64,000 nt of DNA from positions 6,752,001 to 6,816,000 of the forward strand of contig OY762069.1 in the NCBI GenBank assembly GCA_963665095.1. The letters are read 5' to 3'. The DNA comes from an uncultured Desulfobacter sp. GTDB lineage: Bacteria; Desulfobacterota; Desulfobacteria; Desulfobacterales; Desulfobacteraceae. Position numbers and translations under genes: made by a program. This document shows, in pieces, positions 1 through 10,227 of this stretch. A model generated the notes under the pieces. The model was not told the DNA's origin. It did not search any database and saw nothing but the letters and a program-made list of their open reading frames with translations. How positions within the stretch are numbered: the stretch's first letter is position 1; each line of letters starts with the position of its first letter.

Positions 1-759
1 CAACTTGCCGCCGGCATGGCTCATGAAATAAATAGTCCGCTGGCCGAAATTCTTCATAATATCCAGGTGATCCGTCACAGCATTGACAGCCCCACACCTG
101 ACAATTTAAAGGCCGCGGAAAAATACAGTATGAATTTTAGCCTTGTGGGGCAATATATGGACGAAAGAGGGGTGTTTCAGAGTTTAAGCATGATTATGGC
201 AGCCGGGAAAAAAGCTTCGGATATTGTCTCCAATCTGCTCTCCTTTTCTCGAAAAAGCAAAACCGATTTTGAGCCCGCTGATATCTCACTTCTTTTAGAT
301 CAGGCACTGGAACTTGCCTCAAACGAATATGGTCTGGGGAGAAAGATAAAGTTCAGTCAGATACAAATCCTTCGGGATTATGCACCTGATCTGCCCAGTG
401 TTGAATGCCGGCCGGGTGAAATTAAACAGGTGTTCTTTAATATTTTGCTCAACGGTGTCCAGGCCATGGCAGATAATGGAGATGAACAGGCAAGTCCCAC
501 TTTCTTTATCCGCACCCTGCCGGTGGATGATAACATCTGTATTGAGATCCGGGATAACGGTCCTGGTATGGATGAAGAGGTCCGCCGGCGTATTTTTGAA
601 CCGTTTTTTACTACCAGGCTTGATGAAAAAGTCAAAGGCCTGGGGCTCTCTGTTTCATATTTTATTATCACTAAGAATCATAACGGCACCATTGAAGTGG
701 CTTCAGCATCTGGCGAGGGGACATGTTTTAAGCTTCTTTTGCCACGTCATCCGTCATGA
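1..759 (+). CDS. Sensor histidine kinase, C-terminal part (5' end outside window)
   Basis: Frame open from base 1 (QLAAGMAHEINSPL H-box); N-box (QVFFNILLNG), G1 (DNGPG), F-box (IFEPFFTT), G2 (GLGLS). Confidence 0.9.
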   Translation, partial: QLAAGMAHEINSPLAEILHNIQVIRHSIDSPTPDNLKAAEKYSMNFSLVGQYMDERGVFQSLSMIMAAGKKASDIVSNLLSFSRKSKTDFEPADISLLLDQALELASNEYGLGRKIKFSQIQILRDYAPDLPSVECRPGEIKQVFFNILLNGVQAMADNGDEQASPTFFIRTLPVDDNICIEIRDNGPGMDEEVRRRIFEPFFTTRLDEKVKGLGLSVSYFIITKNHNGTIEVASASGEGTCFKLLLPRHPS

Positions 760-803
760 CCGTTTCAAAGCATGTCATAATAGCGGTGGGGCGCAGATAA
801 TGG

Positions 804-831
804 ACGGACATCAGCAGGCCCTGATGTCCGT
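804..831. terminator. Hairpin between convergent genes
   Basis: ACGGACATCAG-CAGGCC-CTGATGTCCGT, perfect 11-bp stem. Confidence 0.6.
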
Positions 832-857
832 TGTTATATAAATTGAAGAGCGAACTA

Positions 858-1286
858 TTAAAGGTTGGAGATCTCTTTTTTATCAATCACCTTGATGCCT
901 TTTTCAGTCAGGAGGCTTTTCGCTTTTTCAATATCGTCAAAGCGGAAGATCATGATGGCGTTCTGACACTGTGGGTTGGCAAAGGCATACATATACTCCA
1001 CGTTGACATTCTGATCACTCAAAGGATCAAGCACCTGGTTCAGGCCGCCGGGCACATCGTTGACCTCAACGGCCAGAACCCGTGTTTTGCCTACGGTAAA
1101 ACCCTGGTCTTTCAGTGCGGCGGTTGCTTTATCATTATCATTGACAATGAGCCGGAGCACACCAAAGTCAGTGGTGTCTGCCAGGGACAGTGCCCGGATA
1201 TTAACGCCTGCATCCCGCAGGATGGCCGTGACTTCAGCCAGCCGGCCTTCTTTGTTTTCAATGAATATGGATATCTGTTCAGCCAT
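858..1286 (-). CDS. ACT-domain protein (tandem ACT)
   Basis: QISIFIENKEGRLAEV / DVPGGL / VEYMYAF pattern; typical partner of paaK-like genes. Confidence 0.9.
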   Translation of the reverse strand: MAEQISIFIENKEGRLAEVTAILRDAGVNIRALSLADTTDFGVLRLIVNDNDKATAALKDQGFTVGKTRVLAVEVNDVPGGLNQVLDPLSDQNVNVEYMYAFANPQCQNAIMIFRFDDIEKAKSLLTEKGIKVIDKKEISNL

Positions 1287-1303
1287 TATTATTCTCCTTA
1301 AAA

Positions 1304-2608
1304 TTACATTTTACGGTTATCAATAACCCTGACAGCCTTGCCCTGGCTTCTTTCAATGGTTTTAGGCTCCACAAGGGCCACCTTGGCAGATACGCCAAGA
1401 AGCTCCTTGATGTTATGGGAGATCTTTCCTTCCATGGCCTGCAGCCCCTTGATGTCATCCCTGAATGAGGTGTCGTCGATCTCTACCTTCACAGTCAGAG
1501 TATCCAGGTTGTCCACCCGGTCCACCACCAGCTGGTAATGGGGTGCCACTTCGCGGCTCTCCATGAGGACACTTTCAATCTGTGAGGGGAAGACGTTAAC
1601 ACCGCGAATGATGAGCATGTCATCGGTACGGCCGGTGGGTTTGTTCATGCGGATGTGGGTCCTGCCGCAGGTACAGGGCACTGGATTCAGGGAGGTAATG
1701 TCCTTGGTCCGGTAACGGATGACCGGAAAAGCCTCCTTGGTGAGGGAGGTAAATACCAGCTCTCCTGAATCACCGTAGGGGACCGGTTCCAGTGTGTCAG
1801 GATGCACCACCTCAACAATAAAATGATCTTCGGCCACATGAAGCCCTTTTTGTTCTTCATAACACTCGACAGATACGCCGGGTCCCATCACCTCGGAGAG
1901 GCCGTAAATGTCCACCGCCTTGAGGTTGAGCTTGGCTTCCAGCTCCTGGCGCATCCGCTCGGTCCAGGGCTCTGCTCCGAAAATGCCGGATTTAAAGGAG
2001 AGGTCTTTGAAATCCACACCCATTTCCTCAGCCACTTCAGCCAAGTGGAGAATGTAGGAGGGGGTGCCGCACAAAATGGTGGGCTTGAAATCCTGCATAA
2101 TGGTGATCTGGCGCTTGGTATTGCCGCCGGAAACAGGAATGACGGATGCACCCAGGCGCTCCGCCCCGTAATGCGCCCCAAGACCGCCTGTGAAAAGACC
2201 GTATCCCCAGGCATTGTGAATGATGTCACCCCGGGTGGCACCGGCTGCGGACATGCTTCTGGCCATGAGATCCGCCCAGGTACTGATGTCCCGTTTTGTA
2301 TAACCCACCACAGTGGGTTTGCCGGTGGTACCTGAAGAGGCATGAATCCGGATCACCTGCTCCATGGGCACGGCAAACATCCTGTACGGGTAGTTGTCTC
2401 TAAGGTCCTGTTTGGTGGTAAACGGCAGGCGCCTTAAGTCATCCAGACTTTTTATGTCAGTGGGTTTGATCCCTGCCTTGTCATATGTCTCTTTGTAAAA
2501 TGGAACCGTGGCATAGATTCGTTCAATGGTGGTTTGAAGACGGCGAAGCTGAATCGCCTCCAGCCCCTCCCGGGGCATGGTCTCATAATCAATGTCGTAA
2601 ATGGGCAT
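1304..2608 (-). CDS. paaK: Phenylacetate-CoA ligase family
   Basis: [46 protein letters not shown]. Confidence 0.92.
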   Translation of the reverse strand: MPIYDIDYETMPREGLEAIQLRRLQTTIERIYATVPFYKETYDKAGIKPTDIKSLDDLRRLPFTTKQDLRDNYPYRMFAVPMEQVIRIHASSGTTGKPTVVGYTKRDISTWADLMARSMSAAGATRGDIIHNAWGYGLFTGGLGAHYGAERLGASVIPVSGGNTKRQITIMQDFKPTILCGTPSYILHLAEVAEEMGVDFKDLSFKSGIFGAEPWTERMRQELEAKLNLKAVDIYGLSEVMGPGVSVECYEEQKGLHVAEDHFIVEVVHPDTLEPVPYGDSGELVFTSLTKEAFPVIRYRTKDITSLNPVPCTCGRTHIRMNKPTGRTDDMLIIRGVNVFPSQIESVLMESREVAPHYQLVVDRVDNLDTLTVKVEIDDTSFRDDIKGLQAMEGKISHNIKELLGVSAKVALVEPKTIERSQGKAVRVIDNRKM

Positions 2609-2725
2609 GTTCCTTTATCTCCCTGACGTCTTTATTGAAGCAGTCCGGTAGGCCCCGGTCTGCTCAAATTTTGTTGTGGACCACCCCCCTGATTACAAAT
2701 CCCATCTTGGGCCGGCCCGTATGGT

Positions 2726-3514
2726 TTATTTTAATTTACCTGTAAATTGCGCTTTTCTTTTTTCCAGAAATGCAGATGTGCCCTCTTTGGCATCCGGGCT
2801 TGCCATGGTCATGGCAAAGGCATCATTCTCAATGAGGCACCCGGTTTCAAGATCTGCGGCATTGCCTGCCTGGATCGCTTCCTTGGCGGCCCTTAAGGCT
2901 ACTTTGCCCTTGGCTGCGATGATTGCAGCTGTTTTCTTTACCTCATCCATGAGCGTCTCAGGGGGGAATACCTGGTTTACCATACCATATTCCAGGGCCT
3001 TGGCTGCAGGAATATTTCCACCGGTGAAAATCATCTCTTTTGCCCTGTTTTTACCCACCAGGCGGGACAGCCGCTGGGTACCGCCAAAGCCGGGAATCAG
3101 TCCAAGATTGATTTCAGGAAGACCGAACAGCGCTTTTTCAGATGCATAGATAAAGTCACAGGACAGGGCCACTTCACTGCCGCCGCCCAGAGCAAACCCG
3201 TTGACTGCGGCAATGGCCGGGAAGGGCAGGGCTTCAATTTTAGAGAAAATTTTCTGGCCTTGGCGGGAAAAGTATTTGGCGGCAAGAGGATCCATCTGTG
3301 CCAGTTCAGAAATGTCTGCCCCTGCTACAAATGCTCTGTCGCCGGCGCCGGTAAGAATCAGTACCCGGATCTCTTCATTGGCCAGAATCTGATCAAGCGC
3401 AGCATCCAGTTCCATCAGCAGGGCGTTATTCAGGGCATTCAGCGCCTTGGGCCGGTTAAAGGTGATTGTGGCAATCCTGTTGTCCATTTCAAGAATAATG
3501 TTTTCAAACGACAT
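2726..3514 (-). CDS. Enoyl-CoA hydratase (crotonase)
   Basis: AFVAGADI, NGFALGGGSE, FGLPEINLGLIPGFGGTQRL. Confidence 0.92.
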   Translation of the reverse strand: MSFENIILEMDNRIATITFNRPKALNALNNALLMELDAALDQILANEEIRVLILTGAGDRAFVAGADISELAQMDPLAAKYFSRQGQKIFSKIEALPFPAIAAVNGFALGGGSEVALSCDFIYASEKALFGLPEINLGLIPGFGGTQRLSRLVGKNRAKEMIFTGGNIPAAKALEYGMVNQVFPPETLMDEVKKTAAIIAAKGKVALRAAKEAIQAGNAADLETGCLIENDAFAMTMASPDAKEGTSAFLEKRKAQFTGKLK

Positions 3515-3532
3515 GAAGCCCTCCTTTAAAGA

Positions 3533-5359
3533 TCAAATATGTTTTGGATTTGTAGCATTGATGTACTTTTCTATTCCATTGGCAATTGCGTTACAGATAT
3601 CATCCTGATAGGATTTTGTCATCAGGCGTTTGCACTCGGTTTTGTTGCTGATAAAGGACGATTCAATCAGGATGGCTGGCATACGGGCGCCCAACAGCAC
3701 ATAAAACGGGGCCTGCTTGACCCCAAGGTCCCGGATTTTTTTATATTTTTTGTTCATTCCCAGGACCATGGATTTCTGGACATCATTGGCCAGACGGGTG
3801 GACTCTTCAATTTTGGCATGTTTCATCAGGTCATTTAGAATGTAGGCCAAATCAGAGATATTTTTTTCTGATGTGGCATTTTCCCTGGCTGCCACGGCAA
3901 TGGCCTGTTCGTCTGTGGTCAGGTTCAGAATATAGGTTTCAATGCCTGACAGTTTTTTGTTCTTGGCCGCATTACAGTGCATGGAGATAAACAGATCAGC
4001 CCGCTTGGTATTGGCAATGGCGGTACGTTCTTCCAGAGTCAGCTTGCGGTCCGTGGTTCTGGTGAGCATCACCTCACAGTTCAGGCGTTTGCGCAGTTTT
4101 TCCGCCAGATTCAAGGAGAGCTTGAGCACAATATCTTTTTCCCATATCCCTTTGACATATCCGGGGGCCCCCGGATCTTTGCCGCCATGGCCGGGGTCAA
4201 TGACGATTTTTCTGACGCCCAGGGCCAGCTGTCTTGCAATGTCCGAGGATTTCAAATTATCCGTGGTAACCCGGTCCTGTTTTTCCGGCGGGACGCCTGG
4301 GGCCGGTGCTTTTTCAAGGGCTGTCTGCATCTCATCCATGGGGGCGGCTTTGCCGTCTTTGCCCCACAGGTCAATTACGATGCGGAACGGATCTTTCAAG
4401 GAGAAAATTTTATAGCTCTCAAAGGAATTGATATCCACCACCACCCGGACGGTATGGGGGGCAAACTGGCCTGCTCTGGCCTGTTTGAGCAGGTCATCAT
4501 TGATGGGGGTGTGGTCTGGTATGTTCGGGCCCAAACGCGCCTGGTCAATGTCCACGTACAATCGCTGAAACTGCACATTCAAAGCCGGATCTTTTTTTAA
4601 CAGTCTGTGGGTATACTTTCGTTCGCTGTTTGCATTTACCACCACCCGGGTATATTCAGGGTTAGACCAGAAACGCAGATCGGTAACCGTGGCATCCCCT
4701 TTCAGAACAACCGGTGCGGATTCCGAGTCGGATGGTGCTGGTGTACCGGAACCGCAATAATTGCTGTCGTTTGGTTTCGGTTCCGGGTCAGGATCTGTTT
4801 CTGGCCGGGATAATTCTTTGCCAGCGGCGGCATTGGCATCCATCAGCTTTTGCAGCTGGTACTCGGCAATGGCCTTATCATTCCGGGTACGCGTTTTCTG
4901 GGATTTTTTAATTTTAAAGGATGGGTTTTCTTCCCTGGGCAGGGAGGTGTTGGCTGTTGCCAGGGTTTTTGCCCTGGCCGAATACGCGCTCTGGGGATAG
5001 GACCGTCTGACCCGTTCCAGAAGATCGTCAGCCTGTCTTGCCCAGACCGGACTGCCTGTGCGCCGGGCCAGCTGGAAAGACAGCTCTGCAGCTTTGTACA
5101 GGCCTGCCGGTGCCCAGGCGTCACCCGGGAAGTCATTGTGGATGGATTTATATTTGTCGATGCAGTTCAGCCAGGCAGATACCTTGTTTTTTTTAACAGC
5201 AGACCTTTTTAATTTTTTCAGGCAGGTGTCTGCTGAAAGATAGCGGCCTTTGGCTGTCTCAGCATAGGTGGCCTGAAACGGTTGCACCCATATCAGCAGG
5301 CATGAAAGCAGCAGTACCTTCATAGAAAGTGAAATTGTCCGGCTGCTCCAGGAGTTCAT
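3533..5359 (-). CDS. N-acetylmuramoyl-L-alanine amidase (AMIN + Amidase_3, N-terminal helical region)
   Basis: Signal peptide; IDPGHGGKDPGA, LEERTAIAN, FISMHCNA, MPAILIE. Confidence 0.92.
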   Translation of the reverse strand: MNSWSSRTISLSMKVLLLSCLLIWVQPFQATYAETAKGRYLSADTCLKKLKRSAVKKNKVSAWLNCIDKYKSIHNDFPGDAWAPAGLYKAAELSFQLARRTGSPVWARQADDLLERVRRSYPQSAYSARAKTLATANTSLPREENPSFKIKKSQKTRTRNDKAIAEYQLQKLMDANAAAGKELSRPETDPDPEPKPNDSNYCGSGTPAPSDSESAPVVLKGDATVTDLRFWSNPEYTRVVVNANSERKYTHRLLKKDPALNVQFQRLYVDIDQARLGPNIPDHTPINDDLLKQARAGQFAPHTVRVVVDINSFESYKIFSLKDPFRIVIDLWGKDGKAAPMDEMQTALEKAPAPGVPPEKQDRVTTDNLKSSDIARQLALGVRKIVIDPGHGGKDPGAPGYVKGIWEKDIVLKLSLNLAEKLRKRLNCEVMLTRTTDRKLTLEERTAIANTKRADLFISMHCNAAKNKKLSGIETYILNLTTDEQAIAVAARENATSEKNISDLAYILNDLMKHAKIEESTRLANDVQKSMVLGMNKKYKKIRDLGVKQAPFYVLLGARMPAILIESSFISNKTECKRLMTKSYQDDICNAIANGIEKYINATNPKHI

Positions 5360-8019
5360 GCCTGAACCTTATGTTTGAGCTCATCTAAAAAATTCAGGGC
5401 GTCCAGTGGTGTCATCCGGGAAATGTCCACCTTGCTTAAAATATTACGCAGATCCGAGTCTGTGGGGCCGAAGAGGTTTAACTGGCCGTCATTGTTGTTT
5501 TTCTTTTTTGCCTGCCGTTTTTTTTCGGGTTTCTCTCGGGATAAAGAAACATTCGGGGTATGATGGGTTTCTGCAGAGGCCAGGACTGATTTGGCAAGGT
5601 CTATGATTTCGTCCGGAACACCTGCCAGGCGTGCCACCTGGATGCCATAGCTCCGATTGGTGCCGCCCTCCACCAGCCGGCGCAGGAATACAATGTTGTC
5701 GTTGAATTCCTTAACCGCGATATTATAGTTTTTAATCCGGGGCTTGGTCTCCTCAAGTTGGAGCAGCTCATGGTAGTGGGTGGCAAATAAGGTTTTTACC
5801 CCTTTGCCGTCAAGATCGTGCAGATACTCGGCCACAGCCCAGGCAATACTCATGCCGTCATAGGTGGAGGTCCCCCGGCCGATTTCATCCAGTATTACCA
5901 GGCTGTTTGGTGTCGCGTTGTTGACGATATTGGCGGTTTCTTCCATTTCCACCATAAATGTACTCTGGCCGGATGACAGGTTGTCCAGGGCTCCCACCCG
6001 GGTAAATATCCGGTCAGTGATACAGATACTGGCTTTTTCCGCCGGCACAAAAGAGCCCATCTGGGCCATCAGGACTGTCAGGGCCACCTGGCGCAGCACC
6101 GTGGATTTGCCGGCCATGTTGGGGCCTGTTATCAACATTTGCTGACAGGCTGTATCGTCAAGCACGATGGAGTTGGGGACATACCGTTCCCCCTGGATCA
6201 GTTTTTCCACCACCGGATGTCTGCCTTCTTCAATGATAATGCATCTGTCATTACGGATATCCGGTTTTACATATGCGTTTTCCACGGCAGTTGTGGTCAG
6301 GCCCTGGAGCACGTCAATGACAGCTACAAAACCTGCCATGGTCAGAATGTCTTTGGCCCGTTCCACCACTTTTTCCCGTACGGTGCAGAAAATTTCATAT
6401 TCCAGGGCGTTTCGTCTTTCCTGGGCATTGAAAATGGTATTTTCCACCTCTTTCATATCCTGGGTGATGAATCGTTCCGCATTGACCAGTGTCTGTTTTC
6501 GAATGTAGTTCTCCGGAACCTGTGGCGCCTGGGCCTTGGACACTTCAATGAAATACCCGAACACCTTGTTGTACTTTATTTTCAGGGAAGAAAGCCCGGT
6601 TTTTTCCTTTTCCTTCTTCTCAGTTTTCGCAATCCAGGATTTCCCGTCCCGGGTAATGGCCAGCAGCTCATCCAGTTCAGGGCTGTATCCGTCGTTAATC
6701 AGGTTTCCTTCATTGAGCACATGGACGGCATCTTCCCGGATGGCACGGGCAATCAGGTCACTTAATACTTCAAGTCTTTTAATCAGATCGGCTTTTTCAT
6801 CCAGGCCTGATCCTGTAAGAAGCGGGCTTGAAAATTCTTTGATTTCCTGGAATAGCAGGGGCAGGATTGCCAGGGAATTTTTCAAGGCAAGCATGTCACG
6901 GGCATTGCCCTGGCCCATGGATATCCTGGAACCTAAACGTTCCAGGTCATATACGGATTTTAACAGATCGCACAATATCTGGTGTTTGCCCGGGGCTGCA
7001 ATCAGTTCTTCAAGGGCATTCAGTCGCTGCTTAATTTTATTTTCATCCACCAGTGGATATCTGATCCAGTGTTTAATGAGCCGCCCCCCCATGGCAGTGA
7101 CGGTTTTGTCCAGAACATGGATCAAGGAGCCTTTTTTATCCTGGGTCTGGATGTTGGCCAGCAACTCCAGATTTTTGCAGGACCGGTCGTCAATCACCAG
7201 AAAATCATTTAGATTATACGGGGTGATTTTAAAGATATGACTTGTGTCTGACAGCTGTGTATCCCGGACATAGGAGATGATGGCACCGGCGGCTGACACA
7301 CAGGCGTCCATACGTTCAATGCCAAAGCCTTCAAGGCTGCGGGTGGAAAAATTATTTAAAAGTTGTTCCCGGGCATTGTCCAGGCGAAAGGCGTACTTGT
7401 CCTGATAGGTAATCTGAATGTGGGAAAAGGCTTTTCTGATAGGGGCCATGGCAGGATCAGCCTGAAAGCTGTCCGGCAGCAATATCTCCTTGGGGCCTAT
7501 TTTGAGGGCTTCGTCTAAAAGGGCAGAAGGGATGACACCTGATGTGCGTTTTGCCTGGCAGGTGGTAAAACTGCCTGTGGAGATATCCAGGCAGGCCAGT
7601 CCGGCCCAGTCGCCCGAGCGGCTCAAGGCCACCAGGTAATTGTTGGAGCCTCTGTCCAAAAGGGAATCATTAAGCACCATGCCGGGGGTGACAATGCGGA
7701 TTATTTCCCGTTTGACAAGCCCTTTTGCCTGGGCCGGATCCTCCACCTGTTCGCAGACGGCTACTTTGCAGCCGTTTTCAATAAGTTTCGCTATATAAAG
7801 ATCTGCCGCCTTATAGGGGACTCCGCACATGGGAACAGGGTCAGGATCATTTTTATTCCGTGAGGTCAGCGCGATTTCGAGGATGCCGGCCGCCTTAACG
7901 GCATCCTCAAGAAACATCTCATAAAAATCCCCCATCCGGTAAAAGAGTATGGCGTCCTGACAGGTCTCTTTGATGGCCAGGTACTGAACCATCATCGGTG
8001 TTTGCTTTTTTTCGGCCAT
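5356..8019 (-). CDS. mutS: DNA mismatch repair protein MutS
   Basis: FYRMGDFYEMF, TGPNMAGKST, DEIGRGTST, FATHYHEL; 887 aa. Confidence 0.98.
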   Translation of the reverse strand: MAEKKQTPMMVQYLAIKETCQDAILFYRMGDFYEMFLEDAVKAAGILEIALTSRNKNDPDPVPMCGVPYKAADLYIAKLIENGCKVAVCEQVEDPAQAKGLVKREIIRIVTPGMVLNDSLLDRGSNNYLVALSRSGDWAGLACLDISTGSFTTCQAKRTSGVIPSALLDEALKIGPKEILLPDSFQADPAMAPIRKAFSHIQITYQDKYAFRLDNAREQLLNNFSTRSLEGFGIERMDACVSAAGAIISYVRDTQLSDTSHIFKITPYNLNDFLVIDDRSCKNLELLANIQTQDKKGSLIHVLDKTVTAMGGRLIKHWIRYPLVDENKIKQRLNALEELIAAPGKHQILCDLLKSVYDLERLGSRISMGQGNARDMLALKNSLAILPLLFQEIKEFSSPLLTGSGLDEKADLIKRLEVLSDLIARAIREDAVHVLNEGNLINDGYSPELDELLAITRDGKSWIAKTEKKEKEKTGLSSLKIKYNKVFGYFIEVSKAQAPQVPENYIRKQTLVNAERFITQDMKEVENTIFNAQERRNALEYEIFCTVREKVVERAKDILTMAGFVAVIDVLQGLTTTAVENAYVKPDIRNDRCIIIEEGRHPVVEKLIQGERYVPNSIVLDDTACQQMLITGPNMAGKSTVLRQVALTVLMAQMGSFVPAEKASICITDRIFTRVGALDNLSSGQSTFMVEMEETANIVNNATPNSLVILDEIGRGTSTYDGMSIAWAVAEYLHDLDGKGVKTLFATHYHELLQLEETKPRIKNYNIAVKEFNDNIVFLRRLVEGGTNRSYGIQVARLAGVPDEIIDLAKSVLASAETHHTPNVSLSREKPEKKRQAKKKNNNDGQLNLFGPTDSDLRNILSKVDISRMTPLDALNFLDELKHKVQA

Positions 8020-8037
8020 GGATCTGATTGGGGGAAC

Positions 8038-8448
8038 TTACGCCTCTTTTTTAGCGTCTTTGGCTGCAGCCTGTTCCTGTTCTTTGCGGGCCGCTTCTTC
8101 TTCCAGATGTTTTTTGATGTAGGGGTCATGGATAAACACATCCAACCGGGTCTGCAGGGAGTTGATTTCCCCTTTCAGACGTTCGATGCGTTCATCACGG
8201 GTTTTTACCTGGCGGCCCAGACGGAAGGCAGTGACAAGACCGCGAATTCCTGTAATGAGCAATCCTAAGACAAAGCAGATGCCCCAGTAGGCCCAGTTGG
8301 GAAGCTCCATGGCTGTGTAGTGCAAAGAGGAGACTTTAAAGTCAATGTGCAGGGAAGTGCCCGCCAGGAAATACTCCTGATTCTGAATGCCGAAGACTGC
8401 GAGCAGGATCAGGAAAATTATGGCTATTACGAGTTTAAATGTTTTCAT
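8038..8448 (-). CDS. LapA-family small membrane protein
   Basis: Two hydrophobic helices separated by FGIQNQE, then coiled-coil tail. Confidence 0.6.
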   Translation of the reverse strand: MKTFKLVIAIIFLILLAVFGIQNQEYFLAGTSLHIDFKVSSLHYTAMELPNWAYWGICFVLGLLITGIRGLVTAFRLGRQVKTRDERIERLKGEINSLQTRLDVFIHDPYIKKHLEEEAARKEQEQAAAKDAKKEA

Positions 8449-8695
8449 CCATTCTCTCCAATTTTTGATTTGTGAATCTGCCTTTTAAATTGATGGTGAC
8501 TATAGATCAAATTTATTCTTTTATCAATTCTTCTTTTGGTTTGCAACCGCTTCAACACTGAATGTCAGGCTTTTTTAACCGGGTTCTTTTTCATAAATTT
8601 TCTGCTGTTGTAAAAAGTCTTAAAACGGCTTTTCAGTGTCTGTGCCGCGCAAACCCTGACTTTAACACAGGAAATATCGGGCACAGCCATGGCAG

Positions 8696-9304
8696 CTACA
8701 GGAAGACCGGATTGACATAAGTCACCTTTTTCCTGTCTGCAAAAAGATGCCAGCTCAGCATGTCTGCCGGACAGGGTTCCTGAATCAGGATGCAGGAGAG
8801 GTGCAGGTGGGACAATAATTTTGATTTAATTGTCCGGGTGTCAAAAATGCCGGCAATGATCTGGTTTTTATTTATCTGATCCCCCGGGGACAGCTCTGGC
8901 ACCGGGGCCGTGTGGGAGTATACCAGAACCGGGCCGGTGATGGGCTTTGAAGGATCTGGACGGGACGGCTGTAACTCTGAACCGGCCCCTTTGCTACATA
9001 ATTCAGGATGATATGAAACCACAATACTTTGTCCAAGCAGGTCTTTGGATATATTGAGAACAGTACCCCCGGCCACAGCCGGTACCTGCGTTCCCGGGGG
9101 CAGGGGCTTTATTTGCCCTGCCTGACTGTAAAAGCAGATATCTATGCCTTCGTGACAGGCATGGCGGATTTTCCAGTCCGCCCACCATTTATCCCAGCTG
9201 TCCTGGAGCATACCTGGATAAAAATACCAGGTTAAGGGGTTGTTCTTGTCGTCAATACGGTTTGCCCGGGCAAGGTCGCCCAGGTAGTCTGTAAACACAC
9301 TCAT
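8696..9304 (-). CDS. M23 peptidase-like protein
   Basis: HEGID (HxxxD), VPAVAGGTV, YSH, HLHL (HxH), C-terminal VNP. Confidence 0.65.
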   Translation of the reverse strand: MSVFTDYLGDLARANRIDDKNNPLTWYFYPGMLQDSWDKWWADWKIRHACHEGIDICFYSQAGQIKPLPPGTQVPAVAGGTVLNISKDLLGQSIVVSYHPELCSKGAGSELQPSRPDPSKPITGPVLVYSHTAPVPELSPGDQINKNQIIAGIFDTRTIKSKLLSHLHLSCILIQEPCPADMLSWHLFADRKKVTYVNPVFL

Positions 9305-9495
9305 TACACAGCTTTTAGAATGATCTTATGCCCCATCAGATTGATGTCTTCAATAATGGCTGCCACTTCTTTTTGCTCACCCAAAAGGCCTTTGAGCAGA
9401 AATGTGCCGTTGTCTGACGGCGTGATGGCCGCAACGTTTTCCATGATCAGCTCTTCCTGATCTCCGGTTTTGAGATATACATTGGATTCACACAT
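9304..9495 (-). CDS. CooT-family nickel-binding small protein (63 aa)
   Basis: MCESNVYL...EELIMENV...LLGEQKEV...INLMGHKIIL; AAGGA SD upstream of ATG at 9495. Confidence 0.85.
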   Translation of the reverse strand: MCESNVYLKTGDQEELIMENVAAITPSDNGTFLLKGLLGEQKEVAAIIEDINLMGHKIILKAV

Positions 9496-9538
9496 ATTTA
9501 ATTTTGTCCTTTCATGGTTGTAATACTTCGGTCTCTCA

Positions 9539-10201
9539 TTAACATTGCAGCGCGTCGGGTTGCAAGAGGTTAACCTTGGGCGGACTGTTTTTTTCAAGGT
9601 CAATGACCGCCCCGAGCCCCGGTCCGGCAATGGCGCAGTTGACCACAGTGGTGTTGCCAATGGTGTTTTCACCGGGATCTTCGTGGATATGGCCGCAGAG
9701 CAGCAGACTGGGGGCTGCCATCTTGATAAACCGGGCCAGGTTCAGGCTGCCGGAATGAAATTTTCCTGCCACCATATCACATGTCCCTTTGGGTGGGGGG
9801 TGGACCACCATTATGGTGTCCGGGGGCATGGGGCAGGGCAGGGCTTTCAGGGCTTTCTTTTCATTAAGACAAATCCGGTTTGCAAAGGGCAGCACCAGTG
9901 TGCCCGAGAGCCCCACAAAAGAAAAACCTTTGATCTGCACCGGGTTTTCATTTAACAGGGTGATATTGGCTGCTTTTTTTATCCGGGACTCAATCTGCCT
10001 GAAATCTGTATTCCCCCGGATGGCCAGCACGGGAACCGGCAGGCTGTCCAGCTGGGAAAGTCCGGTCTGCCAGTTGAAAAAATGAGTCAGGTCCCCTGGT
10101 GCCACAATCAGGTCCGGGCGGAACTGATCAATAACCTGGTAAATTACCGCGATGTTCTGCTGTTTTCCGTGAATGTCAGCCGCTGCATATATGCGCATCA
10201 T
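9539..10201 (-). CDS. Calcineurin-like metallophosphoesterase
   Basis: DIHG, GDLT, RGNTD, HPPP, CGHIHE. Confidence 0.9.
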   Translation of the reverse strand: MMRIYAAADIHGKQQNIAVIYQVIDQFRPDLIVAPGDLTHFFNWQTGLSQLDSLPVPVLAIRGNTDFRQIESRIKKAANITLLNENPVQIKGFSFVGLSGTLVLPFANRICLNEKKALKALPCPMPPDTIMVVHPPPKGTCDMVAGKFHSGSLNLARFIKMAAPSLLLCGHIHEDPGENTIGNTTVVNCAIAGPGLGAVIDLEKNSPPKVNLLQPDALQC

Positions 10202-10227
10202 CTCTCCTTAATTTATATGGCATCGCT

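Noticed and set aside
9496..9672. N-terminal extension of the 122-aa ORF 9304..9672
   Set aside because: Overlaps the metallophosphoesterase; CooT proteins begin MC and an SD precedes ATG 9495.
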